DNA of 63,094 bases, filler included, from Reticulomyxa filosa (Eukaryota > Protista > Foraminifera): the NCBI GenBank assembly GCA_000512085.1. It is 21 parts of 21 records of this genome, joined end to end, with 100 filler letters (N's around TTAATTAATTAA, not from the genome) between each part and the next. Parts side by side here need not be neighbours in the genome. Positions count along the whole stretch, not along the records: positions 20,725 to 23,867 come from ASPP01023022.1; positions 23,968 to 26,655 come from ASPP01023328.1; positions 26,756 to 30,066 come from ASPP01025243.1; positions 30,167 to 32,039 come from ASPP01023548.1; positions 32,140 to 33,615 come from ASPP01008845.1; positions 33,716 to 34,766 come from ASPP01016501.1; positions 34,867 to 38,293 come from ASPP01021655.1; 14 more parts are not named here. One strand, 5' to 3'. Below, piece by piece: positions 23,354 to 37,330 of this stretch. Made by a program: the position numbers and the translations under genes. The notes under the pieces are model-generated. The model was not told the origin of the DNA, ran no database searches, and was given only the letters and a program-made list of their open reading frames with translations. Numbering within the stretch: position 1 is the stretch's first letter; each line of letters begins with the position of its first letter.

Positions 23354-26097
23354 AAATTTTTTGTACATTTGTTACCATTACCCTTAAGTATCACTTGACT
23401 GCTTTTGCTGGCATTAAAGCAAAAGATAAAAGCAAAAAAATATTAATGCAAAAGACAATAAATATACTTATTCTGATCCAAATACAAAAACAAAATTTAC
23501 TTCAGCTTTACATTTATCAATTCAAAAGCCACAAGTTGCGTCAATTATGCGCTTTAAAACAAAACACAAGAAAATTGTTACTTAGTAAAAATGATTGCAC
23601 TCCAACTCTGTACCACATCAAATTTTTTAATCCAATTACATTTCTTTAAAAAAACTAAAAAAATCCCAATTTTATTCACTTATTAAAAATATAATTGCTG
23701 CAAAATTGTAGTAAAAAAATCATAATTAGTCCTAAAATAATCTACACTTTTCACACTAAAAGAATATGTCTGTTTTGTTCTTATACAGTAGGTTGCAAAG
23801 AAAACTGAACGCTTAAAACGATATCTTATGATGATAATTGATTTTCTCCATGAAAAATCAACATTTANNNNNNNNNNNNNNNNNNNNNNNNNNNNNNNNN
23901 NNNNNNNNNNNTTAATTAATTAANNNNNNNNNNNNNNNNNNNNNNNNNNNNNNNNNNNNNNNNNNNNAAATAAAGGATAAAATATATGAAAGATTTAATA
24001 AAAAAACAATGATATTTAAAAAGTACACGATTTGTAGATATTTTTTAAAAAATTAGGTCTGAATGTTGTTTTTTCACTTAGAGAATCAATCATTTATATA
24101 ATGTGCCGTTTTAGGTGTCAACTTTACTTTGCATTATACTGCACAAAGAATGTACACTACATAAATGTATATATTGTTGAAACCAATTAACGTTTGTCCA
24201 AAATGATAGATTTAATGTTCCATAGTAATACTGTTGGATGATTGACTATCGATTATTACCCAAACAAAGTTTGTAAAATGTTTTGTTAATGATGCATTAC
24301 ATATATATGTATATATGATATAGACAAACCGTAGCGCGTAGGTTAAATAATTAAATACATTATATGCACGACAGCGTATCCTTCCAACGCTTTTCTCAAA
24401 ATACAAAACAAATTCTTCCATTGTGTCCATTTTGCTTGGCTCCCACAAACTTTTTCTCCAATTGCAGATTGTGAGACAACCTCTTACACAAAATGTTTTG
24501 TAAGATTACCAGAATGTGTAAATTTAATTTTTACTCGAAACAAAAAACAATTTTACAAAATGCTATTAGTTTTAGATAAAATGATGATACAATCATTTAA
24601 AGAGTTTAGCATACTGTGTTCCACAACTCCCTTGGAACTTCGCTTAACCACTGTAGTGCTTTATCCTACATAAAGTATTTGAAAAAAATAGGAAAAAAGA
24701 CATATGCGAAAGCTTAATTGAATACATACAATATATTATCGCACCAAATGTAAATCATTCTTCACCAGAAAAAAAGAAAGTGCAATGACATATGGTAATA
24801 TGCTTTGCAGTGGTAAAGAGCAACAATTATGTTACCAATATATTTGAGACAAGCAGAATATTTTGAAATCATGAAGAAAACATTAATCCGATTTCGTAAT
24901 CAAAATTATTCCAGTTAAATCTTGGAATTCAATACTTTCAGTTTGTTTTTTTCCACACCAAAGTAACATACCACTATCAACTCCTTTCCCTTGATTAATT
25001 ATCTAGAATTATTTACTGGGCTCTTTACTGTTGTTAGCTTTGAAAATGTCGAAGCTGTGTGTTATTAATAAAGTGGAATGTTTTCATCAAAATGCAAACT
25101 TGAAAGGAATATGTACAATGTCCGACAGTTTGAAACACAATGTGAGATTCCTTGTTTTGGACAATGTCTTGTGATTAATTGCATGAAACAATTTAAAATC
25201 ACAATACTTATCCAAAACTTAACTCACCTCACATCAGTGTATCGCCTTTTGTAACTGTCATTCTTGTTTTTTACAACTTGGTTTTTTTAGATCCAATTGT
25301 TTTTCTTTTTTTCGAAAGTATTTCAAAATGATTCCTTTATTTACAAATTGTCAACAATACGTGACAAGGAAGACATTTTACAAAAATACCGACAAAAAAA
25401 AGGCAAATGAATCTGCCAAACAGTAAAAGCAAAAAAATTCTCTTGCAACAGCCTGAACTGTAGCACGTAAAGAAACTTTGTGCATTAATTCTGCAAGTTG
25501 CTTAGAAAAGGAATTTTGTTTGTTTGATCTTACCATTTTGTTCCCGCAAAATAACTAAAGTGCAATAATTTTTATCATTTATGTATAAGAAAAAATTTGT
25601 CTTCAAAAGCGAAATCTCGTTTATTTCCTTTTCTTCTACCCCTTTTTTATTTATAAAAACAATAAGTAGTATTGTTTAACAATTTCCGGCCACAACAAAA
25701 AACGTTTCCAAGATACCTTAATTTGTGTTCCATGCTTTTCTTTTTCAACTTCTGCTTTCATTTCGCAACAAAAAAAAAAATCATCCAAAACCGTTACATA
25801 CACGATTTATTCTATTGAGCGAGTGCCAAACCAAAATAATTTTAAAAAGAACGTGAGCATCGTGTATTATCATAGCAAAAGAAATTTTTCATGTGTGACC
25901 AACCTGCAAAAAAAAAAGCAGGTTGTATTTTGATATTTTAAAAAACGAAAGTAGATTGCAATTTTAACTTATCAGTTTGAATTATCAAGAATTTAATCAA
26001 CCAAATATGTTAAAAATGGATTTGGAGCTGGTCTATTATATTTGCTTTTGAAGCGAGTTTTTTTGTTTTGAGGTTAAACCAAAGTGACAAAAAGATA

Positions 26098-26607
26098 ATG
26101 GGTAGCTGTGTATCGATCTTACATCCGGTTGATGATACCGATGCAGAAAAAAATGTGATAAAAAAGCCAAAGTCGACAACAGGAAAGCCTAATAGAGACA
26201 AGTTCACTAAGCCAGGCCTGGCCCGAGTGAACAGTAGTACAGCAAATCGGTCGAGTAAAACGGGAACGACTGAAGATATTCAATACAACGGTGGCAATAT
26301 CCAAATAATTGACGAAATGGCCGATGAGTCGGAGATGAGCCACCACAACGAGATAGTATCAGTTCATGCACGAAACAATGTGAGCACTACAAAAATTGCA
26401 AATGGGATGCTGAGTAATATGGGTGTAGGCAAAGCATCGATAACCCTGTGGGAGAGCGAGCAGGTATTGGACGCGGCGAATGTCGGTGATCAAGAAAATA
26501 AAGAAATGGGTATTGAGCCAATAGATACAGATACAATAGATGAGCCAGATTTATTTTATTTTTCAGAGGAGTTGTTGGAATTTTCCACGTTTTGGAAAGT
26601 TGATTGA
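26098..26607 (+). CDS. Small hydrophilic protein with an N-terminal acylation motif
   Basis: Starts MGSCVS (MGxCxS myristoylation/palmitoylation consensus); 169-codon open frame in an AT-rich context. Confidence 0.55.
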   Translation: MGSCVSILHPVDDTDAEKNVIKKPKSTTGKPNRDKFTKPGLARVNSSTANRSSKTGTTEDIQYNGGNIQIIDEMADESEMSHHNEIVSVHARNNVSTTKIANGMLSNMGVGKASITLWESEQVLDAANVGDQENKEMGIEPIDTDTIDEPDLFYFSEELLEFSTFWKVD

Positions 26608-26618
26608 ACTGTGAACTT

Positions 26619-26655
<37 letters not shown>

Positions 26656-26755
26656 NNNNNNNNNNNNNNNNNNNNNNNNNNNNNNNNNNNNNNNNNNNNT
26701 TAATTAATTAANNNNNNNNNNNNNNNNNNNNNNNNNNNNNNNNNNNNNNNNNNNN

Positions 26756-28890
26756 AGAAGAAGAAGAAGATGAAAGTGTATCTTTTCTTTCCTGCAAATT
26801 GGAACGAGTGACATTATCATCTCCCAAGCCCAAAGCATCGATCATTGTTTTGACATCTTTTTTATGAGACAATGCCAATTGTGCTTCCATGTTGGTTTGT
26901 GCATATCGAAGATACTCACATTCTCGTTTCATTTGCGACAGTTCCTGTTCAAGGGAAACTGTCTTTTGACATTTTTCATGGTAACGAGATTGCAGTTGAT
27001 TCCATTTGGCATCAATTCGCCAGCTTGTTCAGTCAATTTGTCAATAATTTCTTGCGATTTCGCAATTTTTTCTTTGTGCTGTTCGACTGACTGTTGCAAT
27101 ATTTCAATGGTAGCAGTATCCGTTTTGTTATTGTTGTTATTGCTGTTATTGTCGTTTGTAATGAGATTAAAATGTCGATGCAAGCGGTCAAAGTTGTGTT
27201 TTAATTCGTCGCGTTGCAACGTCAACTCCTTTGTTTGTCGCGAGAGTTGGTCGTTTTCATGTTCCATGCTTTTAAGGGTGTCGCGCAAACCCAGCACCTG
27301 TTCATGCAATCGTCGTTGTTCCAATTGCAAGTCTTGTGAATCTTTGGTTAGCTGATTGTTGAGTTTGGACAATTCGTCACCGTGTTGCGAAAACGTTTGC
27401 AATTGCTCCTCTTTCGTACCCAGTTCCTCTTTCAAATGTTCCACTTCCTCAAGCAGTTGTTTTTGCTGACGTTCCAAAATGACATTCGAGTCGGACTTTA
27501 ACTGTTCCTGCATCAAGTTTGCATCCGACGACAGTATGTTCGCATTGAGTTTCATTTTGTTATTGTCTTGTGACAATTTTTCAAGTTCTCGTTCCAGCAG
27601 CAGCAGACGAGATTCACTTGCTTGGAGTTGTTGTTGCAATTGCATATTGGCCAGTTCCATTTCCTTTGTGCGTTGAACCGAGGCATCATGCTGCCATTTC
27701 AACGACTCGTACTCCTTTTGGCATTGTGCAAACTTTTCTTTGCGAAATTCGGATTCTTCCTTCAATTGATAGTACTCCATCTTCAAGCGATTGTATTTCA
27801 AAGACAAATGTTGGAATGACGGATCATTTTCACCCGACGCATCCCTCGTCGCATGACTTGAGTCTTTTTGTGCACCGTCGCTGCTTTGCAGACAGGACAG
27901 AGAGTATTTCAATTGCATGCATTGGCCTTTCAGCTCTGCGTTGGTTGCTTTGTATTGTTCCATCGCCTGAATTAACTTCTGCTTTTCCGTTTCGATTTGT
28001 TGAATCTTTTCGTTTGCAAACTTCACTTCCTGTTGCAACGTGTCCACTTTGCGTTCCAATTGCGTCTTCATATTCACAAAGTCAAAGTACGTGGGTCCCA
28101 TCGAGTTCGAGGCTGACTTGTTGCTGTATTCGCGATCATTGTTCGAATGAAGTGGCAATGGTGTTGTCGCCGTAGCTGCAGCTATCGTTGTCATTGCTGT
28201 TGTGGTCGAAGACGACAATGATGACAATGATGACAGTGGTAATGGCAATGGTAAAGATGATGAAGTATGTCCAAATTTGGAAAGTTCTTGTTGCAACAAA
28301 GCATTGAGACGAGTCAATTCATCAAACTTGTTTTTCAAGTCTTCGGAAAAGGATTTTAATTCGTGGAACTTTCTCAGCGTATTATCATGTTGTCCATTTT
28401 CAAATTCGTACTGTTGTCTCGCCTTTTCAAATTTGTCTTTCCAAGACAAAGATTCTTGTTCGCATCTTTCCAAATTGCCTTTGACTTCTTCCAATTCATA
28501 TGTTTTATCTTCCAATTGCTGTGCAATGGTATTCTTCTCTGCTCGCAATGCTGTAAGTTCCTGTTCGATATGTTGTTGCGACTCAAACACTTTGTCGGAT
28601 ATCTTCAACGACTCCTGTTTCAATCGCGTGCTGCGTTCCTCCCATTTGCTCTTTTCCGTTTTCACATTCGACAGCTCCTTTTTCAATTGTTGATATTGTT
28701 GTTTCAGCTCCTCTGTCTTCAACTCCATTTCCGTATGGTCTTGTGCCAGCTTCACCTTTTCCTTTTCCAGTTTCAACTTCTCCGACTCCAGCTCTTCGAT
28801 CTGTGCTGCCACCGCATGCGATTTCTGTGGGAGCAGCATAGAACTACGATGTGCATCCTGTTGTTTCAAAGCCTCTTTTTCCTTCTCTTC

Positions 28891-28923
<33 letters not shown>

Positions 28924-30027
28924 TTGCATCTCTTTTTGACTCAGTTGTTGAATGAGGGAAAAGATTTCCTCCCTTTGTCGGTGCAACTCTTGCTCGTGTC
29001 CAAGCTTTTCATTCTGCAACAGCTGGATTTGTTCCTTCAAGCGTCCCAAGTCTTGTGAGGATATCACCATCTCTTGACCCTCACTCTTATCTTTATCCTT
29101 ACTCTTATCTTTGTTGGTGGCACTTGCAAGTTTCCATCTGTCGAGTTTGGCCGTGGAGAGAAGCTTTTCTTTCAACGAGTCGTTGATCTGCCTTTGCAAG
29201 ACTTGGCCCTTGGTCTCGCTCTCTTTCCATTCGTGTTCGAGCAGCGCACACTTGTCCTGCCATTGTGTGGACAGCAGACGCAGCTTTTCCATTTCCATTT
29301 GTGCGTTGTTGAGTTTGAGTTGCAGACTCGACTCTCTTTGATGCGACTCATTGACCATGTCTTGAAGACGCTCGATCTGCGTCAGTTTGGACTGCGTCGA
29401 CTGACTCAGCGTTTCGAATCGATCGTCGAGCGTGTCCTTTTCGGCCTGCATGCGCGCGACTTCTGCTTTGAACGTGGCCACTTTGTCTTGCAATTCCTCC
29501 ACCTTGCTTTCCAACGAGGCATTTCTCGTCTTTAAAGAGCGCACTAGTTCTTCCTGCGCAGATGCGCGATACTTGTGTGCAGCTGTGGTTTCGTGCTTGT
29601 TCTTCCACGTGTCAATAGACTCGCGAAGGGATTTGATTTCCATCTTCTGTTCTTCCACACAGTGTTGCAACGATTCGTTCTGCACCTCGCAGTGCTTCAG
29701 CTGCACCTCCACACGTGCGTTCACTTGTGACAACGACTCATACTTGGCCTTTGCTTCGCCCAACTTTGCCTCCGTCGAGCGCAGATGCTCCTTCAACTCC
29801 TGCGTCTCCTTCTCCTTTTGCTGCACGTGCGACTGCAGGTGCTCCAACTTCGTGTCGCGCAGTGACACGTCGTTGCGCAGGTTTTGCTCGTTCAGCGAGG
29901 TCTCCCACTTCACCTGCTCCAGTCTCGATCGCTCTTTTGCCAATTCCTGCTGCACGCACGCACACTTCTCCTTCTGTTGTTCGAGCTGCTGCTGCAGTAT
30001 CATCAGCTCCTCTCCCAACATCTCACC

Positions 30028-30030
<3 letters not shown>
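26756..30030 (-). CDS. Very long coiled-coil protein (weak resemblance to TPR/Mlp1), partial
   Basis: More than 1000 aa of heptads; EKARQQYEFENGQH resembles the TPR/Mlp1 AQxxYExELxxH motif; 1-nt frameshift near 27010 (continues WNQLQSRYHEKCQKTVSLEQELSQMKRE). Confidence 0.7.
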
Positions 30031-30066
<36 letters not shown>

Positions 30067-31187
30067 NNNNNNNNNNNNNNNNNNNNNNNNNNNNNNNNNN
30101 NNNNNNNNNNTTAATTAATTAANNNNNNNNNNNNNNNNNNNNNNNNNNNNNNNNNNNNNNNNNNNNAAAAAAAAAAAAAATAGAGCTATTTTTATATTTC
30201 AGAGTTTGTGTGGCTGCAAAAAATAAAATTGCGGTATTTCTTATTTGTGATATGTAAAATTTAAAAAATTTTATTTAACAATTCTCCTCACAATCCCTAT
30301 TTACTTCAACTTAACAAAGTTTTATTTCTTCAAACAAAACAAAACAAAACAAGAAGAGCTATTTTTTTATTTAAAGGACTAATGTTTGGTGCGAAGATAG
30401 TATTATAAGAAGTCGTATCTTAATTTTCATTTCCTTTCATGCACTGGCTCAATAAAGAGTAGTTTCTTTTGATAGGTAGCCAAATTGTTAAAAAAACCAT
30501 CTTCATTATGCCCATACATTTGATGCCATTCAACTTGTCTGAGTCTTAAAGAAGAATCGCAAATGCATCATATTTGTTTGGGCTGTAAATAGCTCCATCT
30601 AAGATATCCCAATTAATTACTTCACCGTTTGATTAATTTAATGTAAAGCAGAGGAACTCAAGTTTTTTTTAGGTACAACTTGTAAACTGAATTAATTGAT
30701 ATTTTTGTCCAAAGGGTTAACTAAGTGCCGGAATTTGATAGGAAGTGACTAATATTTTTCAATTTGGTTAATTAGTACAAACATATATCATTTCAGGTTA
30801 CTTCATAATTATTGTTTTATCATTTATATAGAACACTACACAACCATTTGGTAAAAAATACATTGTCTGACATCTGAATTCCTTTTATTCATGAATGACT
30901 CTTCCTGCAACAACAACAAATTTTCCAACTGATAATTTATTTGAAATATTCAAAATAATTAAAAAAGTACTTAAACATTTTAAATTTATTACATGTGTAC
31001 TACTTTGGAAAACAGACAGGCAGGATTTGGAATTTTAAACGATAAAAACAAAGTTGAACTAAAAGCGACAAAATAGTCTCTGGGTTCCTTTTTTTTTTAA
31101 AAGGAACTTCATCTAAATCATTATATTATCTATTTGACAATTTAATAAGAATCTCTTGACATCTTCAAAAGCAAAATAGAAAAAGCA

Positions 31188-32039
31188 ATGCAGAATGAAA
31201 AGACAGCTGGAGGAGAGCAAAGCAAATGGATTCCAACTTCAAGTGTCCAAACGTGTTACAGCAAAGACTGGCTTTTGCGAACAAATGAACATAAAGACAT
31301 CAAAGACTTTATATGTCTCATTTGCAAGCAAGTTGTAAGCAGTCCAATGGAATTGACTTGCTGTCAGCACGAAAGTTTGAAGGATGGGTTAATTGTCGGA
31401 GAGGATTGCCTGAAAAATTTTTGTGAAAATAATGATAACTCATGTCCAACTGAACCACATGAGTGCAAACCCTTCAAAAGCAAAGCATCGAAAAAATTCA
31501 TTGGAAATTTACTAATTATGTGTCCAAAGCAATTCGAACAAGATAAAAAAATATTACAAGGAGCTGAAACGTGTGAAAACATTCGATGCGATTTTAAAGG
31601 AAAATTAAAAGATTTACAAAATCATTTGGATAATGAATGTTTTTTTACTTTGATTGATTGTTGGTTCAAACCTTTTGGATGTGATCACAAGTGTCGCAAA
31701 CAGAATTTAAATGATCATTTGGTTTTGAATATGAAGTATCATTTTAATCTGGTCATGGAATTGTTCCAATCGATGAAGCAAACCATCCAATTACATCGAG
31801 TTTAGTTTTATTGAGTTGATGTTATTTGCTTTATTTCAATATTTATATACGCATAAACATCAAAGGATATTTCAAATAAATTGAACTTGGAAATTGATAC
31901 ATTAAAAAAAGAATTAAATCATAAAATCGAAAATCTTCGACAAGAAACGGCTAAATATCATTCTGATATTGAAGCGATCAAAAAAGATTTCAATGGGCAA
32001 AGACTAATTATAAAAGAAGAAGAAGAAGAAGAAGAAGAA
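31188..32039 (+). CDS. RING-like plus TRAF-type Zn-finger coiled-coil protein (3' partial)
   Basis: FICLICKQV..PMELTCCQH...VGEDCL...SCP, CPKQF...CDFKGKLKDLQNHL..C, CWFKPFGC...HL; intron 31800-31865. Confidence 0.85.
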
Positions 32040-32154
32040 NNNNNNNNNNNNNNNNNNNNNNNNNNNNNNNNNNNNNNNNNNNNTTAATTAATTAANNNNN
32101 NNNNNNNNNNNNNNNNNNNNNNNNNNNNNNNNNNNNNNNAAAAAAAAAAAAAAG

Positions 32155-33252
32155 TGAGCGAAAAACAACGTGGATGGACACTATTGGACACAACCGGAGA
32201 CGTACCGACTCCACGTAAATCATGTGCGTTGGCGTATCACGACGGGTGCTTGTATTTGTTTGGTGGCAATTTTAAAGAAAAGTGTTTGGGTGACTTTTAC
32301 AAATATGAGATAAAGAATCGCCTGTGGTCACGGATCATAGTGAAGGGGAAATCCCCTTGCGCTCGCGACCGCCACACGCTAACCCTTGTCAATGAAGAAT
32401 GCTTGCTGTTGTTTGGTGGCTGCGCCAATGACGACCAAGAGTTCTTAAATGATCTGTGGAGCTTCGACATCAAAGCCAAAACTTGGACTTTATTACAAGG
32501 GCAAGGGACTGTTCCGTCGCCGAGGTTCGCTTGTCTATTACATTTTTTAAAAAAAAAAAAAAAAAATCAGCAATATATACATATATATATTTATAGATAC
32601 ATATGTAATATATATATTTTTTATTTATTTGTTTTTTTTTTTTTTTTAAGGGGTCGTTGGAATGAACTGCCTCACTAAAAAAGCGAAAGGGGTAACCCAC
32701 TTCCCTTCCCTTCTTTTTGCAAATACAAAAAAAAAAAAAAAAAATTGAAAAATGTGGGTTGTGTGGAACGTCATAGATACGAGCACGCAGGGGTTGGATT
32801 TGGACCCTATTTGGTGATAATTGGTGGAAAAGGCTCGGAAGGAGGTATCGCCGATATACATGCGTTTGACTGGGGAAAGAGTTCTTGGTTTGTTCCCAAA
32901 TTCGAAGAGGCTGTCAAAATCGATCCTGCGTGGGGTCAGTCTGCTGTTGCTTTTCATGACAGGTTCACATTATACATTTATATATATATATATATGTATA
33001 TTTATATACATTTATGTTTATAAATGCATATATAAGTGATATGTAAATCTGATTGGGTGAACGAGAGAAAAATATGAGGTTAGAACCACATTGAAACATT
33101 GACATGTGTGACAACTGTTTTTTTTTATGTTAGGATCTTGATATTTGGAGGATGGAATGGAAAGACATGTTTTAACGGCGTGTCGGTGATAGACTGCAAG
33201 CAAAGTTGAGTGGATTCAGGGATGAACAACAGCAATAGAAACACAAATCTTT

Positions 33253-33294
<42 letters not shown>

Positions 33295-33547
33295 AAAGCA
33301 CCGTGGAAGTGGATTAGTTCAAGTATAATGGGAACAAAGCCTTCCATTCGAGTGTATCACGGCGCAGGGCTGCTTAAGAATCATATGGTGATAGTCGCCG
33401 GCAGAAATAATAACAAACGACTGAACGACACGTTCTTCCTCGATTTGACGGACATCACCCCTGGGGGATATAAACGCAGAATGTCGCTCAAAGAAACTGC
33501 CGAGTTGCAGAATGATTTGCCACCCCCAAAAGAAACTTCGCAATTAC
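32155..33547 (+). CDS. Kelch-repeat beta-propeller protein (partial, multi-exon)
   Basis: Repeated PxPR...LYLFGG, LLLFGG, LVIIGG, ILIFGG and MVIVAG units separated by (TA)n introns. Confidence 0.9.
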
Positions 33548-33582
33548 GTATGTGTAGAGATAGTTTGTCCTTCTTTTGTCTT

Positions 33583-33615
<33 letters not shown>

Positions 33616-33715
33616 NNNNNNNNNNNNNNNNNNNNNNNNNNNNNNNNNNNNNNNNNNNNTTAATTAATTAANNNNNNNNNNNNNNNNNNNNNNNNNNNNN
33701 NNNNNNNNNNNNNNN

Positions 33716-34766
33716 ATTGCTATTGCTATTGCTATTGCTATTGCTATTGGTCGTGTTGATAACACCAGCAGTGATAGACGCATTTGTCGAGTTCATTTGA
33801 CCTTGCAAAGTGTCCGCCGTTTTGGACTCGCCTTCGACCACATGTTCCTTCTGTTGTTCCTTACCCATTGCTTTTGGGGACACCTTCGTTTTCCCAGTTT
33901 TGTCCGTTTCTGTATCGTCGTCATCGTCGTCATCGTCGTCAGTCTCCATATCAGTGTCGGTGTTTGAATCAGTGTTGGTGTCGCTGTCTCCGCCGGCCGC
34001 ATTGGACGAACGGGAGGATCGCTTGGCACGAGAAGTGGCCGTGGCCGACTTGGAAGCGAAATAAGCGGACGATGTCAAAGGGATCGGCGCTTGTGTCTTG
34101 GAGGTCGTGGACGGCTGGTGGCTCACCGAGTCGCTTTTGCGAGCCGAAGGACCACTTCCACTGTACGCGCTATACTCGGACTTGGCATTCAAGCCAAGCA
34201 GATCCAATCGACTGAACCGCAACACTACTGTTTTGCAACTTTTTTTCAATGCAATGCAAATCACTTTACTATATACATATACATATACATATACTATATA
34301 TATGTGTATATACATATATATGTATATGTAAACTCGTTTGGAAAAAGCGAGTAGCTTTGCAAGACAGATGGAAGGGGATCGATCTGTTTGTCTTGCAAGT
34401 GGATCAGTCGCACGTAAAATTGGAAATGGATTTTTTGGACAGAGATATTGGCCAAAGCGGGATTGGTGGTGGGAGCAGTGGAGGAAGATGATGTCGAAAT
34501 GAACCGAGAAAAGGGGACATCCGAATGCAAAGGCGACGACAGCAACAAGCGCGAGTCTTGAGTGATCAATAATATCCGCTTTGTCCATTGCGACGAAGAT
34601 GATGATGATGATGATGATGATGACGACGATGATGATGACGACGATGATGACGACGATGATAAAGTAGAAGGGTTCGAATGCGCCCGACTTGGTGGTGGGA
34701 GTGCAACAAAATAAATCATATTTCCATTTCTCTCCTGTTCTAGTAACCCTTCAATTTCATGTTGAG
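33716..34766 (-). CDS. Hypothetical low-complexity (S/D/T-rich) protein, partial
   Basis: Two coding-like segments separated by a (TA)n intron at about 34265-34334. Confidence 0.5.
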
Positions 34767-35119
34767 NNNNNNNNNNNNNNNNNNNNNNNNNNNNNNNNNN
34801 NNNNNNNNNNTTAATTAATTAANNNNNNNNNNNNNNNNNNNNNNNNNNNNNNNNNNNNNNNNNNNNATAAATGAATGAAAAAATCAGATATTCGATGATA
34901 TGCCCCTTTTCACAGTCAAAATAAATGTTATAATACTACCTTTTCTTCATCGATCGAGATTGATGGTGTATAATACTCAGTGTGTAGAATCACAAAGAAT
35001 GACCACAACAGTGGGATCAATTGTTGCATAAAGCTTCTCAATATTAGTGAACGCTTTAGCCTTTTTTTTTTGTATTTATGGGACTTGTTTATATAAAATT
35101 TTTTTTATTATTATTAACA

Positions 35120-37330
35120 ATGGAAAGAAATAAACTTGATGAACGTCGAAAGAGTTTGCAATTGTTTTTAAATTCAAGATCCTCCAAAGCAGATTTGATG
35201 AAAAAAGGGCTCCTCGAAAAAAAAGACATGGCACCACAATTGCGATCAGTAGTGGACACGCTACAGCAACGGTTGAGTATGCGTCAAGACCACAGCATAC
35301 TCCAAGCGACGATAACAGAGTCTGAAAATTGTGCGCAGCTGAACGAACAGAATGAAGACAGCATTGCAATAAAGAGACACTACGAACCAGTCCCTTCACA
35401 TATTTTTTTAAATGGATTTGTAAACAAAGCCGTATTGGATCAAATCGCAAAAGGCTATTTCACCACTCACAATCATCGACTCACCGACTTTGACGATGGC
35501 ACATCTGTAAACAACAATGATGTGAACCAATTATCGATGATCTTGCAAGTGCAAGATTGTACAAGAAATCACAATAATGGCATTACTCATGATTATATCG
35601 TCGGTGATAGAGTTGAATTAATTAAGGTATTTTTTTTTTATTTTATTTTAAACATACGTACATATTATGTATACATAATGTACATAAACACATGTCTATG
35701 TTATATTGTAATCCATTTTTTTTTTTTTTTTAGTTTTTATTTGTTGGATTGCATGTCGATTTTTAACAGCTTAAAAAAAGCAATCTGTTGACTTTTTTGC
35801 AGGTGTGATCAAATAACATTGGGAAAGATGATTGGACGAATTCAATATGAAAGGTCATAATGGCAACAACTACTCTACCACCAAAGAGGGTCGTGGCTTG
35901 TTTGTCACAAGGAAAACAATTATCAAAAAACTGGAGAATGGCAGCCACAATGAAGAAGTCTTGTTTGAAGTGGGTGACTGTGTCTTGCTTAAAGATAAAA
36001 TCATGGGTCAGTCTCAAGCTTTTTTTTTTTAAACATTTTGTAAACTTTAAGCGTTTCAAATTTGGGTATATCCAAAAAAAAATTATATATATATGTATAT
36101 TCATATTGGACAAGCCAACATGTTGGATGTGCCGATTGTAGGATTTGAGCCACTTGAGCCTATTGCAAATGGTGGTAATGGAAGATTTGGAGGACAAAGG
36201 TAAAAACACTGAAAAGTCTTTGTTTTATTTTGAAAAGAAGTGAAGAGAAATGTGAACGTAGGGATGTATTGACAAGACATTCTTATTTGATGATTGAATG
36301 AAAAAAAGATACTTTGAATAGCAAACCGGGATGCGGCTACTTTGCATGTGTCGGTGATGTGGATTCAATGATGAAAACGTGTGCAGAAGTACTGATGGAG
36401 AAACAGCTCAAAACAATCCCAGAAGACCTGGAAATGGAACCTCCTGCGTGGTGACTACCGGGAACACAAATGCTCAAGACGACGAGTTTGAATGGAATCA
36501 TTGTTTGCCACCAGCAAAGATGAAGTTGAATCAGAACTAGTTGTTGATGTGGGCAGCATTATCGTGTTGAAGAATGGATTTGAAGAAGGAGTTGAGATCT
36601 TTTTTTGGAGACACAGTATTTTATAAGAACATTTTGGATTTTAGATATCAGATATTTTTGGCAAAGATAGAGTTGCAAAAGGAGGAATTAAGCAAAATGA
36701 TTGGAAAATTGCAAGTAAATGATCGTGTTGAAATAGTGTGTTTATTTTAATAATAATTTATCAAAGAGTATTTCATCACGGAGTTTGCCAAGGGCATTCA
36801 AGTTCGAGGCAGAGTCACTGTTCAAAGAAGAAGAAGGAGATCACGTTTTGTTGCATTTGAGTGAAGAAGAGGTTGTCACATTGATCGGGAAGTAGAAGCA
36901 GCTCCAATCAAACTGGTCGACGTGAAGTAAAACTTGGGCAAACATCAGAACAATAATTGCTGTTGATACGAAAGGACGGATCGACAAGGTAAAGTACATT
37001 GGCCTCTGTGAGCGACGAATTCTGAAATGACTGGCATCTCAATGGACGCAATGGCAAAGGGCGAGTATTTTACAAAGCGTTCCGAAATCATCGAAATTAT
37101 CGAAATCATTAATCATATAGCAGCCTACATTACGTCTTCGAGAAAAAATTGCGCTCTGACATCGAATTGGGCCAATTGCAAGATTTGATAGAAGCCTTTG
37201 AACTTAACTATCTACATCGTCGAAAATGGACGATGTGGACAGACGCGCGCGCGCGACTGAATACCCTCCCCCCTCTTCGAATGTGAAAGTCGGTGATAGA
37301 GTCGTTCTCGACACAGGCGATAATGGTAAG
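35120..37330 (+). pseudogene. RPEL plus multiple CAP-Gly-like domain gene, degenerate in its 3' part
   Basis: RRKSLQLFLNSRSSKADLMKKGLL (RPEL-like); IVGDRVEL, EVGDCVLL and KVGDRVVLDTGDNGKV with IVG...GGNGRFGGQ and KPGCGYF (CAP-Gly-like); stops and frameshifts after about 36300. Confidence 0.6.
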
